From: the human T2T-CHM13v2.0 reference genome, Homo sapiens
Reading direction: 5' to 3' (one strand)
Length of the DNA stretch: 64,000 bases
Assembly (NCBI RefSeq): GCF_009914755.1
Contig: NC_060927.1
The notes under the pieces are model-generated. The model made no database searches and was not told the DNA's origin. It saw only the letters and a list, made by a program, of their open reading frames with translations. This document shows, piece after piece, positions 28,401 to 42,800 of the stretch. The position numbers were made by a program, and so were the translations under genes. Position 1 is the stretch's first letter. The number at the start of each line of letters is the position of its first letter.

Positions 28401-29539
28401 CCAGAAACAAAATTTGTAACTTGAAAGAAACAGAGATATACAGAATGCTATATTGTTTCTCCTACCATATTTCAATGTAAATATTGTAATTAATAGTAAA
28501 TGTATCCCATTTTATATTATGGAACACATAATATAAAATTATTATGAGCTGTGTGAAAATGAGGTATATAGAGTGATGAAAGGAAAATGAAAAATGGTCA
28601 ATAAAATACTACAATTTGCACATAGACATGACGTATAAATTATGATGAGAAATAATTAAAATTAATAGTTAAAGAAATGAAGTTAAAATATAACTGTGTG
28701 ATCTTAGGTATAGTTCTTACTTTCAATTAATTCACTGGCATTCTGTTTCCTAAAAATATTTTTCACTTCGCTGAGAATAATGCTGTGATAAAATATTAAA
28801 TAATGATAGCAGACACTCTGAGATCTTCCACTGTTTCCTGTGCTGGCAACTTCCAAATAAATAAAAGAACAAAAAGAAAAATGAAAACAAAAAGAATGCT
28901 TTATAAACCTTAAGTGATGAGGTTAAGTGTTTTTATTTTTCTCCTGGAAGTTATTTGAGGGCAGGAGTTGTGTTTTATTCAATGTGAAGTAGATTTTGTT
29001 GTTGTTGTTATAAGTAAACTTATTTTTGGCAATTCTAGTGTCTTCTTGTTAAGTATACTCTCTTTTTGAGGCAATTGCATCTCTTTAGACTTAATCTTAT
29101 ACTGGCTCTTCCCATCTTTCAAAGTCGGCTTTGAAGAAATATACAAACCCAGCCTCTTATATCTTGATCATGACACAGGCAGACACAGGCTGGAGATATA
29201 ATGGAGCTCTCTGCATAAGCCGATAGGGAAGAAAAGCCCTAAGGGAACCATGCTTGAGGAAGGTGCCATAGCTCTGGGTTTTAGGCCAGGCCTTCAATGA
29301 GTGTCCGATGATTAATGAAGGTAGCAAATTCAGCCTTAAAATTAGTATGCATTGAAGAAGGTTCTAGACTGTCAAACCCCGTTATGGCAGTAATAGCAAC
29401 ACGTTTCCAGGCAAATCATCAGTCTGAAGTGGAGAGATGGTTTGCTTTAAGATCTAGGCCATAAGCAACCATGTTTTGTGTGGGATTGAGTTCAATTTGT
29501 AGTGTGCAAGGTAAACCAAAATTCATTTTACTTGTTTTC

Positions 29540-31990
<2,451 letters not shown>

Positions 31991-32804
31991 TTCTTCCTTT
32001 CTTTCTTTCATTGGTAATTTATCATAGGCTCAGCTCCTACCCTGCCTTTTTTTGAGAAAATGAGGCAACAATCATATTAAGTCAGTTTGCTCAGATAGGT
32101 TAGGCAGATTTCCTGTGGTTCTCATAAGCACCTGCTACCTGAATCCATTTATCAGGTCTTCAGCTGATTATCTAAAGAATTTAACTGTTCATCTATTGTT
32201 ATCCTGCTCTGCAGTGGTGAAATTTTTCACTACTTCTACTGTCTCCTTCTATGATGTTATATACCAATTAAAGACTTAAAAAAATTAAAAAAAATGTATT
32301 TGCACCCTGCTATAGGTCAGTTTTAAAAATCCTGCCTGCTATGGTTTGCTTGTTGAAGCCACATCCACTGAGGTATATTCTGTCTGCATTTTCTATATCA
32401 CTCAGCTTTCAGATCCACTCCATCAACTTGCAGTCTTGACATGGATGTAGAAAGATGGGAATACTGCAATAATAGTACCTTGGTCACTTTCAAATGTGAT
32501 ATTCACAAAGTAGTGAGAAGCTTGGCTAATTTACAATCATCTAGCTTCTTTCTACTCATGTGTGGTCCTTCCACAAGAAACATCAGCATTCACCTGTAGT
32601 TTCTTTGAACTCTCAGGCCTCATCTCAGATCTGCTGATCAGAATCTTTTCACATTTTCACAAGATGTCAGAAATGCAGATTCTTATCAAATTAATGTGAT
32701 TCCTATGTACATTGATCTGATAAGGACTGACCTAGGAAGCTTTTGAAAAACACATTGCTCCCTGGCCTTATACTAAGTTTTTTTTTTTTTTTTGAGTTAA
32801 GCTA

Positions 32805-33458
32805 CATATTACTGTTGGATTGCTACTGTAACAAATTACCACATGCTTAATGGCTTAAAACTATACAAATTTATTATATTATATCTCTGTCAGTCAGAAG
32901 TCCAGAAGTCCAGTGGACTCAGCTGGTTTCTCTGCTCATTCTCAAGGTCCATATGAAGTTGTTGGCAGGGCTGTGTTCTTTTCTGGAGGCTGTCAGAGAC
33001 AATCTGCTCCCAAGCTCATTCGGATTGTTGGTGGAATTTGTTTTCATGCAAAAGTGAAAGGGAGGTCTCTGTTTCTTTGCTGGCTGTGGCTGAGAATCAT
33101 ATTCAGCTTCTGAGGCCTCCTTGGATCATGGCCCCTCGTCTCCAAAGCCAGCAATGATGGGTTGAGTTCTTCCAGTGCTTCAGGTTTCCTTGACCTCCAT
33201 TTCTGCCCTCCTTCTCCTGTCTTTTCTTCTGCCATATTATCTTTGAATCTTCTGCTTTTCAGGGCCCATATAATTACACTGGCACACCTGGATAATTCAG
33301 GATAATCTCCCTGCTTTTAAATTAGTTGATTAGTAACTATCCTTAATTGTATCTACAAAATCCTTTCACATTAATATGTAGATTAACATTTGATCAGATG
33401 ACCAAGCATGGCAATGTTGTGGAGGGGGAGGCGTTTTTAGATTATTCTATCTACCTCA
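32805..33458 (-). mobile_element. MaLR solo LTR (MLT1E/F-like)
   Basis: tgctactgtaacaaattaccaca...tggcttaaaac...aagctcattcggattgttgg...cacctggataattcaggataatctccc...attctatctacctca. Confidence 0.8.
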
Positions 33459-33896
33459 AGTCAGCCCCATGGGCTTCTAATATGTAGCCAGGATGGAGAG
33501 CCACTAAGAGAGACCTTGGAATTTTTATCTAGGAAGAGAGAAATGGGTGTTTTTTCTACCTTCTTTCAGGAATAAGGGAATGCTCTGTTTTTAGGACGTT
33601 TAAAAAAAAAGAAAAATAGGCACTATATTTTTTTCTCCATTGACATTTGCCTTATTCTTGGAAAGAATGCCTCTGGTGGTTGCCTGTAGGTGTCTGCATC
33701 TGGATACCATCACAGACTGTGTGTGGGTGTGTGCCTAGACTGAATCAGGCAAAGGCAGTTATCATGCTAGCCTGGTAGCAAATTAAGCCAGAAACCTCCA
33801 CATCTTATTGAGGCAAAGATTTTACTACTTTAATTTTGATTTTTTATTTTTCAACCAGGAAAATTCAGGCTTGAAGAGATTAAAGGCTCTTGCAGA

Positions 33897-33898
<2 letters not shown>

Positions 33899-33949
<51 letters not shown>
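33899..33949. repeat. Perfect (AT)25 microsatellite
   Basis: Uninterrupted ATAT run, read directly. Confidence 0.98.
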
Positions 33950-33954
<5 letters not shown>

Positions 33955-35489
33955 AAAGAAGTCACTTGGTCTGCTTAAAAAAAAAATCCCTTAACATTTA
34001 CCTTCTGGGGAAATGAGCTGTATTTTGTGCAATCCACTTTTATTTCTTTTGAATCTCAAATACATTATTATAACTTGAGGGGCAAAATATATATTCCAGT
34101 CTAAAATATACACTTTTAACAGAGCTGGTTAAATTTCTGCGATGTTAAGGGATGTTTGAGGAGTGGTGAAGTCTTATGAGCATTTTGTAGAGCCTTTATT
34201 AACAAAAGAGGGAAAAGTTAGGTTTGAATTCACTGCAAAAGTTCAGAGTATCCAGATTTGGGGTTTCATAATTTAGAATCAGTACTGAGCTACTTTCATT
34301 CTCCAAATCCCAGAGACAGAATTTCCAGAAAACCATGTGCATTTTTGCCTTTTAAGACCTCTGAAAGAACAGTGAAGCCACAGGGTCTCCTTTTCCACTG
34401 GTAAGTCCACTGGTAATGGTTTCATTTTAGTTGAGCTTTAAATTGGCATATTTAATGAGCACTAATTCTTGAGGATCAGTGGTAACAGGGAAAGGGGAAA
34501 TTTAAGACACTTAGAATCCCTTGATAATCATTTTAGCCATAGAAAAAATTTAATCTGTTTCTTCCATTCCTGGTTCTTCAAACCAGTCCTTTTCAGGCAT
34601 GCCCAGCCTGCTATAACACAAATGCTAGATCACGACTTTGGAATAACTCAAAAGATTCTTTTGATTCTTTTACTTCTGATTTATTTTGTTTTACTCCTGT
34701 CTCTATTGTCCTGAATGTTGAATTCATAATTTACTCTTGGGTTTCAGCCTCTGGTCTCACAAAGTTAACTGATCTTTTTGACTTGCTGTCTTGTCACCTT
34801 GGACCTTGGCACTATTGCAGTTTTACTTATTTATTCCACTGGCTTTAGTGTCTCTTATTTCTTGGTGTGGATGCCAGACTCTGCTTATTATTACAGCAGA
34901 ACATCCCATAATGGTGACCTGACTTGGAGAGTTTTAGCCATTCTTACAATTGTAAAAGTAAGAAGATATTCAGTCATTGCTGAGCAGTGAGTTGAATTAA
35001 TAAAAGAGAACTAAGTTTAATAACTTGTCTCTACTCAGTACTCCTTCACTATTCCACCAACAATACTCAAAATGTAGTGTGTAAGAATAAATGGTTTAGA
35101 AAAAAACCGCATGGATAATAACCATGTAGTATTATTGGCTGTATTCTATTTTACGAAGGTATAGTCTATCCTAACATTAACACTAATTCCTAAAATCAGG
35201 CTTTTAGAACAAGAAGAATTTTAGCGATTCAGTGAACTAGTCTAGTATTTGGTTCATGAGAGTTCCTTGAGATCCCCGATTCCTCAAGAGGCTACCACAG
35301 GAAGCTGGGGTATGAGAAAGACGGATGAGTAAAGATGGAGTGAGTTGGAAGAAGTGGAAGAACACCCACCCTGTTTAAGCAGCAGAATCTTAGCCATTAC
35401 TTGTTTTGCTTACGTTAAGTTCCAAGAAAGATTTTGTTTGAACAAAAACGACTGTGATTTTTAAAATATTGACAACTATGGATCTGGTT

Positions 35490-35650
35490 CAATTCATCAT
35501 TCTTCACTTGAGAAAATAGAGGCTCAAAGAGATTAAGTGGATAAGATTACAAGAAAGCAAAAGTCACACAGTTACTGTCAAAGCTCTAACCAGATTGCAG
35601 GACTCTAGGGCCTCATGCTAGTAGTCTTCCCGTTGACCCACAGGCTGCCT
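35490..35650 (-). mobile_element. MIR
   Basis: tgagaaaatagaggctcaaagagattaagtg...aagtcacacagtta. Confidence 0.6.
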
Positions 35651-36454
35651 TCCATGGAATGGTTTCCATAACAATGAAATAACAGTGGTCATAACCCTTA
35701 TACTGCTCTGGGTAACCAATAAATAATGATACATGGATTTCATATTTACAAATTGTTAAAAAAATTCTAATTTCATATTTATATCCCAAGGCTAGAGTAC
35801 TTTTATTGATTCTTAGAAATTAACATTTCACAGTTTTTCATTCAATAAACATTTTGGTGGAAGATGAAGACAATACCAAGATGAAGGACATGTGTTTCCA
35901 GGTCTTTAAAAAAGTTCATTATTTTGTGATAGAATCTATTTCAGAGAGAAAAATAATCACAGAACCCTGGAATTACAGACACTCAAGATTGAAGGGTAGT
36001 TCAAAACAACTCATTTTAATATGATTTGATACAATTTAAACACATTTTTCATGAATGAATGAATGCTGTTAACATAAATATTTTAATTATATTATCTCAG
36101 GATTGATGGCAATTTTTATATTAATACTTGCATAAAACAACCATAGAAATGAAATTATAAAAATGAAATTGCACATGTATTAGGGAGTAAATGCTATGAC
36201 TTTATACAATTCCATTATTGGAAGTTATGCATATTTTTTTCTTAACTTTCTCTCTATTTTGAAAAAATTGTAGAAAATAGCATATGATTATCTCTAAACT
36301 GCATTTCATATTTCCAAATATATGAGGGCCCAATCTTGGGTCAGTTGCTATCAGTAGTTAATCTATGCAGTTAATTCCTAAGTAGAGTAAACTCACTTTG
36401 TAAACATTGTGTATATATTCATATATGCTATCATAAGTATTTCTATTACACTGA

Positions 36455-36560
36455 TTCACTTATTTATTCACAAAAATTTACTCAAATCTTGCTATGTCCC
36501 AGGCACTGTGCTAGGAACTAGATTCCTTCCCCTCAAGGAACTTGTAGCCTAGTAGGAGGT
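36455..36560 (-). mobile_element. L2 3' end fragment
   Basis: attcacaaaaatttactcaaatcttgctatgtcccaggcactgtgctagg...ccctcaaggaacttgtagcctagt. Confidence 0.65.
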
Positions 36561-39181
36561 GTTTCTGTTTTCTTCTCCAGATAAAAATAGCAAATTGTGC
36601 ATTGAAAGAAAGATGGTCTCAACCAATGATTAATGTATAAATACATAATTTAAAAATGCTTTCATTATAAAGCAAACATATTATTCCAGGATAAAACAAA
36701 CCATGGATGCCTTTTGAATTAGAGGAGAAAACAGTCTTTTGCTATAAAAACATATAGGGATAAACCCTACAAACTAATATAAAAGCTATAAAAGTCCAAT
36801 GAAAAAAATAGCTATTATATAAAATGATGTGTTGGATAGATTTACCAGCCAGTAAAGTAAAAGTAGGAGCAACAGAATCTCTGTAACTCCAAATCAATAT
36901 ATTTCCCTTCTTAGTGAAAGTGGCAAAGGGGGCATCATCAGCTCATTTGCAAACTTATACATAGTAATTTTGGTTTTGATACTTGCTCTTTCTCACCTCC
37001 CTAATACAGCATCATCTAGATTGTGTCAAAGTAATCACGCACAGGAGACCACTTCTGAAGGAGTTATGGGGCTTCCCAGGAAGGGATTCAAGCTGATCAA
37101 AGGAGGGAAAGTGATGCATTGATTGGTTTCATAATGACATTCATATATCTAATGACCTTCTATCATGCAATTTGATTTCTTTTTTTTTTAAATGCAATTC
37201 TTTAGGTGAGTGTGAAGAGAAAAAAGAAATCAGGTATTATCAAGGAGGCTTTTCAACATGGTGTCACTTGGCCAGAGATTTAGGTCATGACAGTGGAAAT
37301 AACTTTGAGCCTTTGTGCACTGAGCTGCTCCTAGACACAGTTAATGTGTAGATGTGTCCGCAGCTGGCAGACAGCAAGGTCTATAGTTCAGATTGTTTCA
37401 AGAAGTCATAATGAATCCACAAGAGCCTCGTTCTTTATGATAGAAATGTCAGCTCCTAGAAAGTCTCTTAAACTGTAAAGACACTTCATTACATAGAAGA
37501 TCTGACTTAATATACTTTGCAAATAACTTCATAACATTCAAATTTGAGAATCATTTTCGCTCTTTTATTCACAGTACATAGGGAAATTAGCTGAAATATT
37601 TATCTTTGCTCCTCTTTAAGTTTTATAGCACTAGTCTAAAACTAATTAGACTCTGGCATTAAATTCTGCATGCATGCCTCTTTTTTTTTCCTCAAGGAGT
37701 GTTACTTGTAATGTAACTTCCTTCCTTTAGCAGAGAGTGGCCTTTTTAATTTAAAGGATCTCAATTTAGGCTTTCTAAATGCCAGATGTATTCACTTTTT
37801 TATGTATATCTGACAGGTATTTCAGAAAAGAGAAAAGAGAGGGAACCAATCACCAAAACCAGTAGGTATTCTAATGAAGCGTGATCCACAAAGTAGGTAG
37901 GAAGATTTCCTGCTATTTCAGGCCACTAGGCAAGTAGGAGACCTCTCAGAGATGCCCCTCAAACCCGCTTGCTACCTGAGAAGGTGAGGTATGCTATGGG
38001 GCAAGTTCAAGTTTATATTAACCCATAAATTCAGGGCAAGTATGTTTCCCTTTTCTCCTGAAGAAGAGTCTCAAAATATGTATGTCTGCATCACTTGTTC
38101 CCCTTGGAATCTTCCTTTTGGAATTACTTGATCTGATTGTTGGCTTCTTGTTTTGTATGATATATAAATTTTGGGCTACTCCCCAAAAGAGGGGACCTTA
38201 TTGCATTAGGAAGGCTCAGCGGTGTGTTCATTAGGTGAACTCTGCTCTAAACCCAAAGGGAAAATTCTTTCTTTCCTTTGATATTTTCCCCCACCGGGGA
38301 TTACTTTTGGCCATCCCATTGGCAAGATCTTGAGGGCCAAAATTAAGATTTGGATCTACCATAAAGTGTTTAAGAAAGGTTTTTTTTTTTCCTTTTATTC
38401 TAGGTTTTAGACTAAAGGCCTAATATTTTCACTGTGGCTTGCAAGTGATTTGACCCATCTCACTAGAGCTGGGAAATTTACAGAAAGGTTTGTGGCCACA
38501 GCAGCACAAGAGAATGATATTTTGTAGTAGTATGTCTGATATTCAGATTTCCCTTGAAAATCTGGTAGTAGAAAGACGCTTATTAAATATTAGAGACATG
38601 GAATCCCAGCCACCTTTAACTCTTTCTTCAGAAAATTGACCAATATGCATTTTCTCCATTTCAAAATAAATTGAAACAATGAAAAAGCATGTTACCATAA
38701 ACTACACCAGGCAAATGCTTGGTTGATCTTAGGGTCAGTTTGTACCAGTGAGATAAGGCTGTTTGGTTATGAGCATCCATACATGTAGGAATTAGCACTG
38801 AGATTTGTAATAAAAAGTATGAGAAAAGATAGAGAAGACACTGGCTCTATATTCTATACATTTATAACCTACTCATATGCACAGCTGGATATAAGAATAG
38901 AGAAAGGCTGAGAAGCCAAAGCTAGAAGCATCATCAAGTTTAAACAATGGCACATTTTAATTTATCCCTTTACTCAATCATGTATTTGTGTGCATTTTAC
39001 ATCAGTACAATGCATTGATCTCATAAACAATGCAAAGATAAATCAGACATGATTCAAGGAGTTACTTGTTTAAAAAGGGAATTAAATATTTATACAAATA
39101 ACAAAACTAGTATTTTAATTTTCAAAAAGGGAGAAATGACTTCTATCTCCCTGTGTTGGATGGAAAGCTTTGCAATGCTTT

Positions 39182-39223
39182 GTAAAGAAGGGACTTGAAG
39201 TAGTAAAGAAGGGACTTGAAGTA
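39182..39223 (+). repeat. Perfect 21-bp tandem duplication inside an L2 relic (about 38970-39320)
   Basis: GTAAAGAAGGGACTTGAAGTA x2. Confidence 0.95.
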
Positions 39224-39331
39224 GGTCCTAAAAGCAAATAGAAAAGGGGCACTTAATTAAAGAGAGCATATGTGAAACCTGTTTGTAAATGAAGAGAAAG
39301 TTTTTGGAGTTTAGGAAGTTCTGTTTTGTCA

Positions 39332-39892
39332 TGCATGGTAAACAGAATTCTAAACTGGGCACCAAGATTTTTGCTTTCTAGGGTTTATACACTATGCAAT
39401 CCTATCCCTTGAGTATGGGTGAAAGCTTAGCAAATATGATGGATGCCATTCTTTGATTGTTTTATATTATATGGAGAGGGTGAAGGGATTTTTGCAGGCA
39501 TAATTAAGGTCCCTAATTAGTTCACTTCGAGTTAATCAAAAGAGAGATTATGCTGGATGGGTCTTACCTAATCAGGTGAGTCATTTAAAAGTGGGTCTAA
39601 CAATCAGAAACTCAGAGCAGTACAAAATCTCTCTTCCTGACCTAGAAAAAGCAAATCACCATAAATATTTCAACTGTGGGGAAATGTCTGCCAATATACA
39701 TGTGGGTTCAAAAGAGGACTCTGAATCTTAGATGAGCTGCAACTCTGACCAGAGACCCTGAAGAGAAAACTCAACTAAAGTGTGTCCAGACTCTTGACCC
39801 ACAGAAACTGTGAGATAATAAATGGGTGGTGGTGTTGGAAGCTTCTAAGCATGTATTAAATTGTTACACAGCAACAACAACAACAAAATACA
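39332..39892 (+). mobile_element. MaLR solo LTR (MLT1E/F-like)
   Basis: tggtaaacagaattctaa...taattaaggtccctaattag...gacccacagaaactgtgagataataaatgg...ttgttacacagcaac...aataca. Confidence 0.8.
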
Positions 39893-42800
39893 CTCAAATA
39901 TAGATTATATCATGGCCTTTAAACTGAGATACATGTGTTCTTGCTGTAGACAGAGGCTTTCCAAGGGTTAACAGCCACAGATTTAATGAAATCACTTCTC
40001 ACATCCCCAACACTTATGTCTTTCCTGAAAGTCATCTGAAAATGTGTTGGTTCTCCTTTCTTACCTCCTCTTGAACAATCACTCTTCTTCCATTTTGACA
40101 AGAAAGGTCACCTCTCTCTCATTCTAATTTACTGGTATACTGCACTGGGGTAAAAATACTCTGTGATACCAAGCAGAAAACAAAAATGTTTGAAATAACC
40201 GAGGTCTGCAAAGCCTTCTGTAATCAAGGTATCTTCAGTCTGTGGTTGGGCTCCATATCTTCTTCCCATCTTATACATATTTGGGTTGATGCAAAGCTTG
40301 GCATTAGAAGCAGGATATTATGACTTGGATGAAGAGGATAGGAATTCATAAATGTTGTGGAATTGGCCAACAGAGTTGGTGATGGCACATTTTGTTTAAT
40401 AAGCAAACTTCTTTCATCTTAAATGTTGTTAAATACTGCATTTCTCCTGAGGATTGGTTCTGATAGTAAGAAGTACTGGAGGTTGTGACATCTTATTTTA
40501 TCTAGACAAAAAAGTCATGACAATGCTCAATATAATATGTTTCTCTACTTTTGAGTTAGAATAATTAAGATTTGTAAAAAGAATGCTGGTATATACCAAT
40601 CTCTTTAAAGTGCTTTCTTCGCACTTGACAATCTGTCTTGAGAACTTGGTGAATGATTTCAGCCACCTGTGTTTCTCTCTGCATCCCAGGGACATATTTT
40701 GCATGATTTCAAAAAAAAGGAAGAATTAACCAAAACTTTACTTCCAATAGCTTATTACATATTTGAGTAAAAGAAACACATATGAGAGGTAATTTAGCCT
40801 TTTCTATTTCACTGAAAAGTTATTCAGACTTCTAGAAGATTATTGCCATTTACTTTTGCCAAAAAATTTCAGATTATTGGCTAATTTAATATTTAATGCT
40901 TTGTCTCTTGTGACTGCAGGGAAAAATACATGTAGATAGATAGTTGTTTCAGAAACATAGGAAAAGATCAATAAAAAACTTTCAAGTAGAAAACTACATT
41001 AAGATAAAATTCTGAGGGAGAATAACGAAAATGTGAGTTTCAAGGAGAAAAATGAGTTATGTGAAAATTCTGTTAAGATAATGTTTAAGAACATTTAAAA
41101 TAAGTTATAGTGGTTATCAAACTACTATACTATTTAAATTTCATTGGGTACTTATAAAGTAATATAAAAATAATATGGTAAATTATTATGTTTATTAAAG
41201 ACATAATATTTAGAATTACATTTTTGTAACTTTTTAAACCCACAGTAAAATTTGTTCAATACCAACTTAAAAATGGATGAGGTTATAAATGGTTTTTAAA
41301 CATTCTTTTAGGAGAGTTGTGAACAAAAATTTCAAGACCAAAAGGTGAGAGGCAATGTTCGAAAGGCAATTTAGTATTTAATTTAATCCACTGGGATAAA
41401 GCGCATCGATTTTATTTCATAAGCAATAGGAAGCCAGTGACAGTTTGGGAAACACAATGATATTCTTTGTGCAGGATGCCTTGAGTGAGTTCCTCATAGG
41501 TGCCATATACTCTGCAAAGCTCTGTGGTCAGAGTTGTGTACTTCAGGAGAGTCTGGGTGATAAATAAATCAAACTTCATATTGTCAGCAAAAATTTCATT
41601 ATTGAATTAATTTGGAAAAATAACTTTCTGAATTATTTTCTGTTGACCATATGTTTGATTACCCCTATGCATGCACCCAACCCTTCTGAACAATACTGAG
41701 AACAATATCAAGAGCTGTGACTATCCCAGGCTAACTTACCCAGGGGGCCAGAGGTGGAAGTGAACAGCCGTTTCCCCCGGTCCTTAATTCCTGGGCAACC
41801 AACTGGGTGAGTAGAATATACCAGACATGTTAGCTAAATAACTTCACAATTTATTTCCTATACCATTTTGACCACTATCAGTGGAAGAAGCAGGAGGTCA
41901 GCAGTAACCAGAGCTGAACTCTCACCTCAACACTTTTATACACACGTCAAATTCTTACCTTTCATGATGTCATTCCCTGTGGCACAGATCCCTTCTATAC
42001 CTTTCCTCTGACCTTTCATGAAGAAGTTTATGAAGCCAAGTATTTTATTGCCTCTAATTCATTGTTTCTATTTGCATATGCTTTTTCTCATTATAATATC
42101 ACAAACATGCTATCATTATAATGGATAAGGATCCCCATTGTCAATAGGAGAATAACACGAGCATTTCATGCTCAGTCAGGCTTTCCACTTTATTACATAA
42201 AATCTATTTGCTTAGAGCATCCCACTTCTGCAAATGCAAATGTTCTATGGTGTAACCTTCCTTATCCTACCTCTCCAATAGATTTTATTAACTTTACAGA
42301 TAATCCAGAATTCATTCTTCCGAAAATTTTATGCTTGCTAAACTCCTCCACATCTTATCAAGTAGTGAATTCAGTCTCTGAATAATGATGCCATATTAGC
42401 ATTTTTCTAACTTTACAAAGGAGATGACTATAGTGGCATTCAACTTATTTATTAGAATATGGTCTACACACCCTATTGCTTAACGGAGAGCTATAATGGT
42501 AAATGGAAAGAAAGAATTTGGAAGGGGTTGTTGGTAAAAGCAGGTGGTAGACACTGAGTTTTTCCATGAAAATGAAATAAATGAGTCCAGTTGCCTTGCA
42601 TGATTTTAAAAGGTATGTTTTTACTCCCTGTGGACCCAGAACAGAAGTATGCATTTAGAAGTTGAAAAAATAAGCTGAGACCCTTTAAAGAAAAAAAATT
42701 ACTTTAATGTGATTAAAACATGACTGACTTCAAATTTGGGCAGAAGAGTTGTTTCTACTTATGTAGGTCAGGGCTATTTCTACATTGGTGGCTTTATTAG

